From positions 1 to 38,361 of IMG/VR virus record IMGVR_UViG_3300010236_000004: a stretch of 38,361 bases of DNA; one strand, 5' to 3'. This document shows positions 7,916 through 16,647 of this stretch, piece by piece. How positions within the stretch are numbered: position 1 is the stretch's first letter; every line of letters starts with the position of its first letter. A model generated the notes under the pieces. That model was not told where the DNA came from. It made no database searches and was given only the letters and a program-made list of their open reading frames with translations. A program made the position numbers and the translations under genes. The DNA comes from a virus.

Positions 7916-8227
7916 ATGAAACAGTGTCCCGATTGTGGCAGTAAGCGAATGGAAAAACTAACCCAATACCGTTGCCCTGATTGCGGATCGAGATTTGATG
8001 TCGCAGATAGGGGTTGGATTTCAGTTGAGGATAGGTTGCCGGATGTTAGTAAAGATGTTTGGTTTTACTGGCGTAATAGAGAGAATGATTTATAAGTTAG
8101 AATGGGATGGTTTAGTGGCAAGATAGAAAATGAATTTCAGTATTGGTCTGGCTATGACCTCGTAACGCTTTATCACGAGGTATTAGGGTGGATGCCAGTT
8201 CAGATACCAGAACCGCCAAAGGAGTAG
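7916..8227 (+). pseudogene. Zn-ribbon + DUF551-like gene interrupted by an in-frame TAA at 8093-8095. It is either a nonsense-split gene or a read-through candidate.
   Basis: 7916..8095 encodes CPDCGS...CPDCGS...GWISVEDRLPD. The same frame continues after TAA as VRMGWFSGKIENEFQYWSGYDLVTLYHEVLGWMPVQIPEPPKE*, so the WISVxDRLPE start and WMPxPEPP end of DUF551 lie on opposite sides of the stop. Confidence 0.5.
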
Positions 8228-8255
8228 AGAGATGAGAATGTATAAGGAGTAACCA

Positions 8256-8561
8256 ATGCCAGACTTTGACTTGAATCAGTTCGGATATGAACTTGACCGT
8301 GCGATATTAATAGCAAAGATTAGCGATGCTGATTTACTTGTCTATTTGCATGAAGATCTGTGGAAACATATTAGAGAAAACTTACATAATATCAAAGTTG
8401 AAAACAAATCACTATTTGATAGTATACTTTCAAATATTTTTATTTATGTCAACAAAGATGTACCTTATCCAGGATGGCAATTCAAACTCCGAACAAGTAA
8501 ATGGACAATCGAGGATGCACGAAGGTTAGCAAATCCAGAAGAAAAGGAACAAAATGCCTGA
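8256..8561 (+). CDS. Hypothetical protein in the AT-rich accessory region.
   Basis: AAGGAG upstream of the ATG. No domain recognised. Visibly lower GC than the flanking genes. Confidence 0.5.
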   Translation: MPDFDLNQFGYELDRAILIAKISDADLLVYLHEDLWKHIRENLHNIKVENKSLFDSILSNIFIYVNKDVPYPGWQFKLRTSKWTIEDARRLANPEEKEQNA

Positions 8562-8961
8562 CTTTATAAAATCCGATGGAAAGCTGTTTCTCAATAAATC
8601 CCTGCTGCCAGAGTCATCGGCTGGCATATTAGAAATCGTTATCGATGGCAATGCAGGTTTGGGCATGCTGCTTCTCGTTCACTATCAATTCAAGAAGGTT
8701 CGATTCATTGACCGCACGATCTGGTTGGAATACATTGGCTGGAAAGGCGAAAAAGGCAGCGACGAGGAAGTGATAAACGCCGTATTACGACATAACAATA
8801 AAGATGTTGGCATTGTATATCATCTTGAAAAAATCCAGATCGCAACCGTAGGTGAAGATAAATGTCACCTGGATTTACCTTATGAACAATATTTTGAACA
8901 TGGAATAGATCCTCAAAACGTTATACGAGGTCTGAAAACGAAGGGAGAGAAGAATGTGTAA
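8554..8961 (+). CDS. Hypothetical protein in the AT-rich accessory region.
   Basis: Overlaps the upstream stop. No domain recognised. Confidence 0.5.
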   Translation: MPDFIKSDGKLFLNKSLLPESSAGILEIVIDGNAGLGMLLLVHYQFKKVRFIDRTIWLEYIGWKGEKGSDEEVINAVLRHNNKDVGIVYHLEKIQIATVGEDKCHLDLPYEQYFEHGIDPQNVIRGLKTKGEKNV

Positions 8962-9250
8962 ATTTATGAATAGCGCTGGGGATAACGACTTTGACCGTCC
9001 AATATTAACAGCAAGCATGTACAGTGGCATCCCAAATAATGTAAATGTCGGCGAAATTCACACAACAGATCGAACGCCAGAGAAGATGACAGTCAGCGAA
9101 TTGATTTACATTCTCCAAAAATTAGAAGGCGATAGGGACGTGAAAGTCCATATCCGCCATAAGGGATTGGATTGCTCCTGGGAGCGTGATTTGTTGATGG
9201 TCTTCCAGAATGATGGGGATGAATTCGTTTCACTATGCGTTGATATTTAA
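8954..9250 (+). CDS. Hypothetical protein in the AT-rich accessory region; last gene of the early operon.
   Basis: GGGAGAG SD upstream; overlaps the upstream stop. No domain recognised. Confidence 0.5.
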   Translation: MCKFMNSAGDNDFDRPILTASMYSGIPNNVNVGEIHTTDRTPEKMTVSELIYILQKLEGDRDVKVHIRHKGLDCSWERDLLMVFQNDGDEFVSLCVDI

Positions 9251-9301
9251 TTCCCAACTATTGATTAATTAATCAACAAAGAGAATTATCCTTCATGGAT
9301 C

Positions 9302-9330
9302 GATAATAACGAAATCCGTTATTATCATTT
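9302..9330 (+). terminator. Candidate terminator hairpin after the early operon.
   Basis: 10-bp stem GATAATAACG (9302-9311) / CGTTATTATC (9317-9326), 5-nt loop, then ATTT. The stem is AT-rich and the T-tract is weak. Confidence 0.35.
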
Positions 9331-9624
9331 CACAGAACATGATGATCCAATAAACATATCGAACGAATGTGTCGATGCCTGGCATTTTAATAACTATTAA
9401 AACAGGCGCCCACGTTGAAAACTGTTCCTTCCATGCTTACGATCCCCTATTTCAACGCTGTGATGGAACAGTCGTAGAAAGTTATTTTAATCGGCAAACT
9501 GACGATTAACGAAGTTCGGAATACATGAACGAAAATATTTCGGTGTATTTTGTATTTAAATATTAACTTGCCTGAATTAAAAATGATATAAAATCAACAC
9601 ATTCTCCACGCCGTGGAGCAACCC

Positions 9625-10935
9625 TCACGCCATCACATAACTGCTGATCGTGTACGCCTTCCCCTGATCCTTATTCCACACAAACGCCTCAGCCTTTCGG
9701 GTTGCCCTGTACCCCATCTCTGCATGCCACGAGTCGATCGCCGTGATCGAGCTCATTCGCCGGATGATCACACCCCCAATTTCATCCGCCTCTTCGTGGT
9801 GAAGATCGCCCAGGTGCCACTCTCGGATCTGTGACCTTCCCCAGTCCTCAGCTCGTTCCTGCTGCATCAAATGCTGGATTCGTTTCCCCTCTTTGCCGTG
9901 TGACCAGCCAATCAGGTTGATCCCGTACCGCCGGTACTTCCTTGGCGCCGGTGAAAGGTCAACCTCAACCCCGTCAACCTTCTCGTAATATTTCCCCACG
10001 CCAGCCACAGCGAAATAAGCCAGCGTCCAGTCATGGTTCCCGGGAACGTACAGCACTTCCACAGGGGCAATCTGGCGGCACATCTCAACCGTCCAGATCA
10101 TCAATGCCAGCCCAACGTCAAACATCTTATAAAACGGGCCGGAGCTTTCCACTTGTGTCCCCTTGGTCGTCTTGCCGTCACGGGTGTCATAATGAAAAAA
10201 GTCCTGACCAAATGGCAGGACGATTCTCTCGATATCAAGATCACTTATTTTCTGCAGCTTTCCCATGATATCATTCACCGTTCTTTTATACAGAGCTTCA
10301 GCGATTTCAAGATTATAATCTTCCCCCGTCTCGGCTGCATCGGCATATTTATCCAAATGCAGATCCATGATCGGCAGCTCAAACAGGAACGATCCGCCCT
10401 GGTACTCGATCGCCTTCAAGTCCGGCGGCTTCAGCTTCCCGTAAATTGTCCTTATCGCCTCAGAGCTGATCAAGTCCTGCCGTGGCTTCACCCTGATCGT
10501 CACTTTAAATTGATGGTTAGTATGCTTCTCAGCCCATGTCTTCGCTTCAGCACCCTTCCCCGGTTCCCGCTTATAGGATTTCATCTTCATCGTGACGTCC
10601 CAGTCATTCCTGACCGTCTCACACGAAAGGCATTCCCACTTCGCCGGATCATACCCCATCAGATCCATCACCCTGTCCGGATCCTTGCGCTCCTCTTCTG
10701 ATAGGATCAACATCCGCACCGAGACCTGCGATCCGTCCTCTTTGGTGATCAGCTTATCCAGGTCTGATGATTTGGGATCTTCCATCCGCTTCTTATGCCG
10801 AATGTGACGCCGAATGCCGGTCATCTGTTTAGCGGCGTTATTCAGGCTGATATTCACGCCGTAAAATTGCTTCATCAAGTCATGAGCATTACCGCTGGCT
10901 GCCAGAACTTGCATGTCGAAAGGATCAAGGTTCAT
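9625..10935 (-). CDS. Calcineurin-like metallophosphoesterase with an uncharacterised N-terminal region of about 150 aa.
   Basis: Ordered motifs DLHLD, GQDFFHYD, GNHD, SHGKEG and GDLHH match the metallophosphoesterase signature. Last gene of the late operon. Confidence 0.7.
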   Translation of the reverse strand: MNLDPFDMQVLAASGNAHDLMKQFYGVNISLNNAAKQMTGIRRHIRHKKRMEDPKSSDLDKLITKEDGSQVSVRMLILSEEERKDPDRVMDLMGYDPAKWECLSCETVRNDWDVTMKMKSYKREPGKGAEAKTWAEKHTNHQFKVTIRVKPRQDLISSEAIRTIYGKLKPPDLKAIEYQGGSFLFELPIMDLHLDKYADAAETGEDYNLEIAEALYKRTVNDIMGKLQKISDLDIERIVLPFGQDFFHYDTRDGKTTKGTQVESSGPFYKMFDVGLALMIWTVEMCRQIAPVEVLYVPGNHDWTLAYFAVAGVGKYYEKVDGVEVDLSPAPRKYRRYGINLIGWSHGKEGKRIQHLMQQERAEDWGRSQIREWHLGDLHHEEADEIGGVIIRRMSSITAIDSWHAEMGYRATRKAEAFVWNKDQGKAYTISSYVMA

Positions 10936-10962
10936 GGTTTTCCCCGATTGTTGGATTGTGGA

Positions 10963-11472
10963 TCACGTGTGTTTTACAATGCAAACAGCTTTTTGGCTCG
11001 ATTCAAGTGTCAGTATCAGCTCCGGGGGTGATGTCCCTTCCCTTGACCAGGCGTTGGCGATCCCCGATCCAACAGGGATGCAGGCAAAACCAAACCCAGC
11101 GTTGATTGCCAGTATCAGTTGTGCAACGGTCAATGTCGCTGACTTCCACCCCTCCGAGCTCCAGGCTGTGGTTTCCCCGATCTTCGTTCCCGTGTACCCT
11201 GGCTTATTATTCCAGGTGATCGTGCTCTCGTCCCAGTCAGCATCCGCACGGTAGATCTCGGGCTTGACAGTTGCGACCGTGGGCGTCACGTAAAACCTCA
11301 ATGTAGCAGCAGTGATCTTCTTTCCAGCGACGCTGTTGAAATCAAAATCAAGAAATAACTGCCTGCCCGAATAACCCAGGGATAGCAGTGAGGATGTCCC
11401 GTAATTAGTGGTCGGTGCACCCGAATTCACCCAGGCGTCTTTACTTGGCGTTAGTGTGACCTGGTAAGACAT
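10963..11472 (-). CDS. DNRLRE-domain (carbohydrate-binding-like) protein; probable tail-tip accessory or receptor-binding protein.
   Basis: KDAWVNSGAPTTNYGTSSLL...LFLDFDF...ITAATLRFYV...DWDESTITWNNKP matches the DNRLRE-domain pattern. Located in the tail-tip gene block. Confidence 0.6.
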   Translation of the reverse strand: MSYQVTLTPSKDAWVNSGAPTTNYGTSSLLSLGYSGRQLFLDFDFNSVAGKKITAATLRFYVTPTVATVKPEIYRADADWDESTITWNNKPGYTGTKIGETTAWSSEGWKSATLTVAQLILAINAGFGFACIPVGSGIANAWSREGTSPPELILTLESSQKAVCIVKHT

Positions 11473-11954
11473 TACACCTCTTCCGCTTCGATGATCACAA
11501 CCAGCCCCTTGGTTCCTGTACCGGCTACGTCCACATCAATTCGCAGGTAGGACCCAACATGCAGATCGTCCCTTGCCGTGTTGATCACAGCCGCAACCGC
11601 CGCCGTGAAGGATGTGTTTTCGCTTTCATCGATCGTCACCTTGGTTGTCAGGATATCCGCACTGTGATAGCTCGAATAAACCTGTACCGTTGGCTTGCCG
11701 CTCGTGCTCGGCGTCACCACGGCGATGTCAATGCTCTTGATGTCATACCCATCCAGCGAATCGGGAATAAAAAAATACATGGCGCCGTCACCAATAACGA
11801 CGGACACATCATCATCTATCACCTGCAGATAGATTGTCCCTTTGCCGATTGATTTATCATAAAGGTAGCTGATGTTATCTCGCCAGTATGTATTTCCGTG
11901 TGCGGCGGTGATCAGGTCTCCAGTAGTATATGTTGGTATTGCCGTATAAGCCAT
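11472..11954 (-). CDS. Hypothetical tail-tip / fibre-associated protein.
   Basis: Translationally coupled within the tail block. The N-terminus MAYTAIPTYTTGDLITAAHGNTYWRDN resembles N-termini of small phage fibre proteins. Confidence 0.4.
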   Translation of the reverse strand: MAYTAIPTYTTGDLITAAHGNTYWRDNISYLYDKSIGKGTIYLQVIDDDVSVVIGDGAMYFFIPDSLDGYDIKSIDIAVVTPSTSGKPTVQVYSSYHSADILTTKVTIDESENTSFTAAVAAVINTARDDLHVGSYLRIDVDVAGTGTKGLVVIIEAEEV

Positions 11955-12412
11955 TACACACCTGCCTTTTCATTTTGTTCAAGTAGATCTCTAACTGACT
12001 CTTGTGGGGTCCATGCCCTTGGTAGCGGATCAGGCTTTGCCGTCAATGCCCTGGATATTTCGTCCCGTCCTGAGCAGTATTTCACATTTCGTTTCAATAA
12101 AGCGGCTTCAATATTTGCTTTGTTCTCAGGAAATACAACCTCACGCCAGCGTCCGCCGACCTTCTCGTTGCCACAGCTAAAGCAATAAAAAATTGGATCG
12201 ATTGAACTGACTGCTTCAGCGCCGGCACAATCCGGGCACTTAGCAATCCAACGTCCGGCATTGATCTCAGCTTTCACCGGCCCCCCCTTCGCTTTCTGGT
12301 CTATAAACTTCAAACCAGACTTTTCGACAATCTTTAGAATCCGATGCCGGATTGTTTTGCAGTTTTCTCGTCTGGCATAATCCATGCCATCAAATATTTT
12401 TTCAGTTTGCAT
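11954..12412 (-). CDS. Hypothetical Zn-ribbon protein within the tail module.
   Basis: GRWIAKCPDCAGAE...FYCFSCGN cysteine pairs. Coupled to neighbouring genes. Confidence 0.45.
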   Translation of the reverse strand: MQTEKIFDGMDYARRENCKTIRHRILKIVEKSGLKFIDQKAKGGPVKAEINAGRWIAKCPDCAGAEAVSSIDPIFYCFSCGNEKVGGRWREVVFPENKANIEAALLKRNVKYCSGRDEISRALTAKPDPLPRAWTPQESVRDLLEQNEKAGV

Positions 12413-12414
12413 AA

Positions 12415-14250
12415 CTAGAATCCCATCACTGTTGTTTCGCCAATTTCAGAATAGCCTACTTCGCCAATCTCCCAGTAAGATTCACTTGGTGCCAGGGACG
12501 CCGATGATAATCCATATGTAAAAGTAATAATGCCAGAGGGAGTAATTGTCCAGTTGATTGAGTGGATAAAATAATATCCGTCAATATTTGCACTAGATAT
12601 GATAATTTCAATCTTATCGCCTACCTGACGGGTTAAAAATGCTTCCATCAGATATTCGCTTTTGTTTGCAATCATTGTGACACTTTCGACAGAAAGACGT
12701 TTGCTGGCGAATAGATCTAAAAATGCACCAGCAAAATCTTTAGCGACAAGGGCGTTGTTCTGGTAAGAAAGATTGAGATTCAAAGTACGTTTACCTTCAA
12801 GCGCGATTCCCGCATCATATTTTTCTTCATATTCGACCGGGTGATAGGTATAAACGCCTTTTCCTCTGGCTTGCAAATGGATCACATAACCCAGCACCGC
12901 ACCGGTATTTACGAGTTCATATTTTACACCATTCACGCCGTAAGTTGCTGTCACAATGAGATTAGCAGTTAAATCCGTTCCGCTGCCATCCTCTGCCGCA
13001 TTGAATAGATAATCCGTGGATGCCACTGGCGTCACCATAGCAATACCAGCCACACTCACGGCTTCCTGATCAGGATCTCTAAAGCTGCCTTTGATCGTTT
13101 CTGTTTCCCCTGCTGCAACCGCAATCGGTTTTTCAAGTGTAAACAATACCGTTGTAGCGGCTGAATCTACGCGACGCGGATAAGCTGTTGTTTTTATGTG
13201 GTTGTAATAGTTGTTCCCATAAGAGAGATTAATGTCTTGGAAACAATCTTCAAATACAGCATTACCTGCCGATAATTCCTTGCCGAATCTAGTTCGTCGA
13301 CCCTCAACAACCAATACCTCACGCTCCATTAGTGCATAAATAATTTCATTTGGCGGTGGGTCGTACGCCGATTCCACGCTTATCCATTCGGTCACATCTA
13401 TTGGCGATGGGGCTACAGCTACCGTTTCTAAAGAGTAATATAGGGTGGCTTGATCACCTCTCGTACTTACAAGGTTAATAAGCCAAAGCCCAGACCCGTG
13501 TTGATCTTCTATAATAATTGCTTCTGCCCACTCCGATGATAGCCCATACAAACTTTTTCTGTAATAAGGCGGCATGCTTGGGGTGTATTCGTAGATTCCG
13601 TTAGCGAGTTCTACACCTGCGCCTATTAAATATAAGTACATATCGTTTGCAATTCTATTCAGTTTAGTATACACATACCCCATTTCACTGATAACTACTT
13701 TGGATATTTCCTGTAGAGCGCGCGTGTGGACCATCGTTGTATCAAATACTGTTGCGAAAATATCTTGTCCGGTATTGTACTCCGTTCCAATTGGGGAAAT
13801 CGGCATGTTCGCAATGATCAAAGGAACAATTTCATCTATCCGCTTGTTCTCCGCAAACTCTGGGAGTTCAAGTTCATGGATTGCAAGCTGCTCCATATAA
13901 TCAACTGCGGTTACAGTTGTGAGCGCGTGCCAGGATGAAATATCTAGTGTAATGCCGCCCTCTGGTACCCGCCCATAAAAGCGTATGTACTCCTCAACAT
14001 TGAGTTTAATCATAAGTCTTACTTCGATGCCTACGTCAAAGCCATTCAAACAATTTGGGTGACCGGGAGTGAGCATATTATTGACATTCCGCAAAGAGAA
14101 GGTAAAGGAACCCGTACCAGCCACCCGATCCAGTGGACCCCAGCCATTGATCCCCATTTGTACCTTATCTGTGCCGATGACATATTCAGAAACATCAATC
14201 CATCCACTGGTGGACGATCTATACTCATATCGGATTGCATCAAAATACAT
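12415..14250 (-). CDS. Large minor tail protein (distal tail / baseplate-hub candidate).
   Basis: 611 aa, immediately downstream of the tape measure gene, which is the usual position for Dit/Tal-type proteins. No motif-level identification. Confidence 0.5.
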   Translation of the reverse strand: MYFDAIRYEYRSSTSGWIDVSEYVIGTDKVQMGINGWGPLDRVAGTGSFTFSLRNVNNMLTPGHPNCLNGFDVGIEVRLMIKLNVEEYIRFYGRVPEGGITLDISSWHALTTVTAVDYMEQLAIHELELPEFAENKRIDEIVPLIIANMPISPIGTEYNTGQDIFATVFDTTMVHTRALQEISKVVISEMGYVYTKLNRIANDMYLYLIGAGVELANGIYEYTPSMPPYYRKSLYGLSSEWAEAIIIEDQHGSGLWLINLVSTRGDQATLYYSLETVAVAPSPIDVTEWISVESAYDPPPNEIIYALMEREVLVVEGRRTRFGKELSAGNAVFEDCFQDINLSYGNNYYNHIKTTAYPRRVDSAATTVLFTLEKPIAVAAGETETIKGSFRDPDQEAVSVAGIAMVTPVASTDYLFNAAEDGSGTDLTANLIVTATYGVNGVKYELVNTGAVLGYVIHLQARGKGVYTYHPVEYEEKYDAGIALEGKRTLNLNLSYQNNALVAKDFAGAFLDLFASKRLSVESVTMIANKSEYLMEAFLTRQVGDKIEIIISSANIDGYYFIHSINWTITPSGIITFTYGLSSASLAPSESYWEIGEVGYSEIGETTVMGF

Positions 14251-14253
14251 AGT

Positions 14254-16560
14254 TTATCCCGTCAACAGCATCAAATTATCTCTGACAGCACGTGCAATGT
14301 CTTGAGCCGTTGGAAGTCTTGATAATGCCGCCAGAAGCGCTGCATCTATCTCAGACGATCTTACACTCGCAATATCTCCCCGCAAGCCTCGCATCAGCTC
14401 ATTATTGGTATTAATGGATCCTGCAACATTCGGAATGAACAACTCCGGTCCTTGTTCACCAACCAGGTAGATCTCATCTGACCAAACAGGACCACCAACT
14501 GCTCTCTGCTCCGGATTACGAGCATTACCACCATGCCCCGCTGGTGGTGTTCCAGTGCTCGAATAATTTGTAATCACATTTGTTCTTATCTCTCTTGGAA
14601 TATTACCAAATTTCCTGATTACTTCATCCAGTTTGCTGTCATCCATAGTCAAATCAACCGGGTTTCCTTCGATTTCATTCTTGGCAGCATAATAATTGTC
14701 CATTGCTAGCTGGGATGCTTCAGCAGAGATGATCCCCATCTCGGCGGCCATATCAAAATAAGCCTGTATCTCAGCATCCGTAAAGCCATCAATCGCCAAT
14801 GTTGCCTGATACATATCCAATATCATCTGGTTGGCCATTTCCGTCATCGATTGTTGCAGCGTGTCGATTTCTCCATTTAGCAGGGCGATTTCTTCTTTTG
14901 CTTCACTGGCCGATACATAAACGCCGTCCAGATATCCCCCGCTGTCTTTGATCGCCATCAATTCAGTTACACGCTCTTGTTTATCCGCAATCTCTCCCAG
15001 CGTGTCATCATACTTCTGAGCCATGCTCACGATAGATTTGAAGTTTGAGTCGATGCTCAATGCATCGTCAAATGCCTGCATCGCCTCTGCTGCTTCTTCT
15101 GCTTCCATAGCCAGATCGCCTGTTGATTTTCCCGCCCTTGCCGCCTGATCTGCATAATAGCCTGCATCAAGTGCCGCCATTTCGACAGGGTACTTCATCT
15201 CTCGCATCGACTCGTTGACCTTCCATTGCGACTCGGTCAACAAGTAATTGCTTTTCAACATGTATCCATGCTGATTCAAAAGGTTCCCGTGCTGATCTAT
15301 CATCCAACCTTCGGCTTCTGCAGTTTCTTTTACCTGCTCAACATATTCTTCATAAGAATCTGTGGCTTTTAGATTGGAATCTATCGTCTCGGCAGATTTT
15401 TCCGCTGTCTTTTTCTGTGCCTTTGCTAATGCAACGGCGCCGGCTGTCAGTGCGGCAATCACAACCACATAAGGAGCAATCGCAGTCGCTGCAGCACCAG
15501 CCATAGCACCAGTAACGCCAAAGGCACTTCCGACTTTAGAAACAACGGATATTGCAGTACCGCCCCACTTCACGAGTTGACCACCAACCAGTAAAACAGG
15601 CCCCATTGCTGCACCAAAGGCGATCATGTCAGCAATCATTTGAACCGTCTTTGGATCCAGTTCATCCAGTCGCTCAACCATGTCCCTTATAAACTTCGCT
15701 GCATCCGCAAAGAGCTCTCCCCACTTCTGGATCACAGGCTCCAGCGCTCCCCCTTCGCTCACAGCATCTTTCAACCAGCTCAACAAATCCTTTCCTGCAA
15801 AGATCGCTTCTTTGAACGCCGGTATAAAGTTCTGGCCAAATGCCACAGCCACATCGTTCAAATACCGTGGGTACGATCGCAGCACCTTGCCAGGGTCTTC
15901 CATAGCCTTGGCGTAAGCCCCTGCAATCCGCTCCCCGTATGCCATCGTTGCATTGACCCTTGCCTGTATCTTTTCCTGCTCCGAGAGCGAATCCGCTGAC
16001 CGTCCGGTCATTGCTGCATATTCCTCGTAAGCACCATTCAGGTCGATGATCATGCCAGCCGATTTGAACAATTCCGTCCGTCCGGTGATGATCGCCTGTG
16101 TCAGCGTCTTGGTTGTTTCCGTGCTGTTCTGTCCGGCAATAACAGCCGCATCCTGAGCCACACGGGCAACCTTAGAAGCGTCCGCAAGGTCCAGCTCTGC
16201 TTTAATAAAATCAGCAACGATCTCTCGGCTGGCAGCGGCTTCAATACCCATGCCCTGCACGGTGTCGGTCTGCTGTTTGATGAACGCCTCAGAATAACCG
16301 GCGCTCTTTCCCAGCAGCATGTTCACCGATTCCAGCTCGTTCACACGGGATGCCGCCTTAGTGGACACCCCGATCAAGCCCACCAGCGGTGCCGTCAATC
16401 CAGCCGTCATCGCTGCCCCGACGTTCCGCATCAACTTGCCGGATTTTTCAAAGGCAGTGGCTATTTTCTTTTTAGACTGGTCGATGTCCCCGTCGAGCTT
16501 TTCCCAATCGACGCGGATGGCAACTTTTGCTTCCCCTAAATTTCCAAGTGATTCAGCCAC
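14254..16560 (-). CDS. Tail tape measure protein.
   Basis: 768 aa, located after the G/GT chaperones. N-terminal core resembles TP901-family TMPs (GAAMTAGLTAPLVGLIGVSTKAA...). Contains hydrophobic glycine/alanine-rich segments and long coiled regions. GTG start with an AGAGGAG SD. Confidence 0.9.
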   Translation of the reverse strand: MAESLGNLGEAKVAIRVDWEKLDGDIDQSKKKIATAFEKSGKLMRNVGAAMTAGLTAPLVGLIGVSTKAASRVNELESVNMLLGKSAGYSEAFIKQQTDTVQGMGIEAAASREIVADFIKAELDLADASKVARVAQDAAVIAGQNSTETTKTLTQAIITGRTELFKSAGMIIDLNGAYEEYAAMTGRSADSLSEQEKIQARVNATMAYGERIAGAYAKAMEDPGKVLRSYPRYLNDVAVAFGQNFIPAFKEAIFAGKDLLSWLKDAVSEGGALEPVIQKWGELFADAAKFIRDMVERLDELDPKTVQMIADMIAFGAAMGPVLLVGGQLVKWGGTAISVVSKVGSAFGVTGAMAGAAATAIAPYVVVIAALTAGAVALAKAQKKTAEKSAETIDSNLKATDSYEEYVEQVKETAEAEGWMIDQHGNLLNQHGYMLKSNYLLTESQWKVNESMREMKYPVEMAALDAGYYADQAARAGKSTGDLAMEAEEAAEAMQAFDDALSIDSNFKSIVSMAQKYDDTLGEIADKQERVTELMAIKDSGGYLDGVYVSASEAKEEIALLNGEIDTLQQSMTEMANQMILDMYQATLAIDGFTDAEIQAYFDMAAEMGIISAEASQLAMDNYYAAKNEIEGNPVDLTMDDSKLDEVIRKFGNIPREIRTNVITNYSSTGTPPAGHGGNARNPEQRAVGGPVWSDEIYLVGEQGPELFIPNVAGSINTNNELMRGLRGDIASVRSSEIDAALLAALSRLPTAQDIARAVRDNLMLLTG

Positions 16561-16647
16561 GAAGTTCTCCTCTTTTGTGAACCGAAGCCCCCGAAGGGAG
16601 CGTCAGCGACCGGAGTGGGGTATCAATCCCCTTTATCCGACAATTTC
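16554..16647 (-). repeat. Copy 1 of a 94-bp conserved structured leader, upstream of and including the start of the tape measure gene.
   Basis: Colinear with 23467-23560 with no indels; 80/94 identical by manual count. One 42-nt core stretch has a single mismatch. Contains CUCCC-UUCG-GGGG type hairpins and an SD-containing stem-loop. Confidence 0.8.

Noticed and set aside
8093-8095. Possibility that the phage uses a reassigned stop codon (TAA read as sense).
   Set aside because: All other genes, including long structural ones, terminate and couple normally in the standard code. No other domain is interrupted, so I treat this as a single local event.
10033-10701. Long antisense ORFs inside real genes, for example 10033..10701 (+), 25189..25776 (+), 29184..29777 (+), 30796..31365 (+), 3412..3831 (-) and 4943..5392 (-).
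   Set aside because: They lie opposite strongly supported genes with recognisable domains. They lack SD sequences and have low-complexity or Arg/Ser/Pro-rich shadow-frame compositions.
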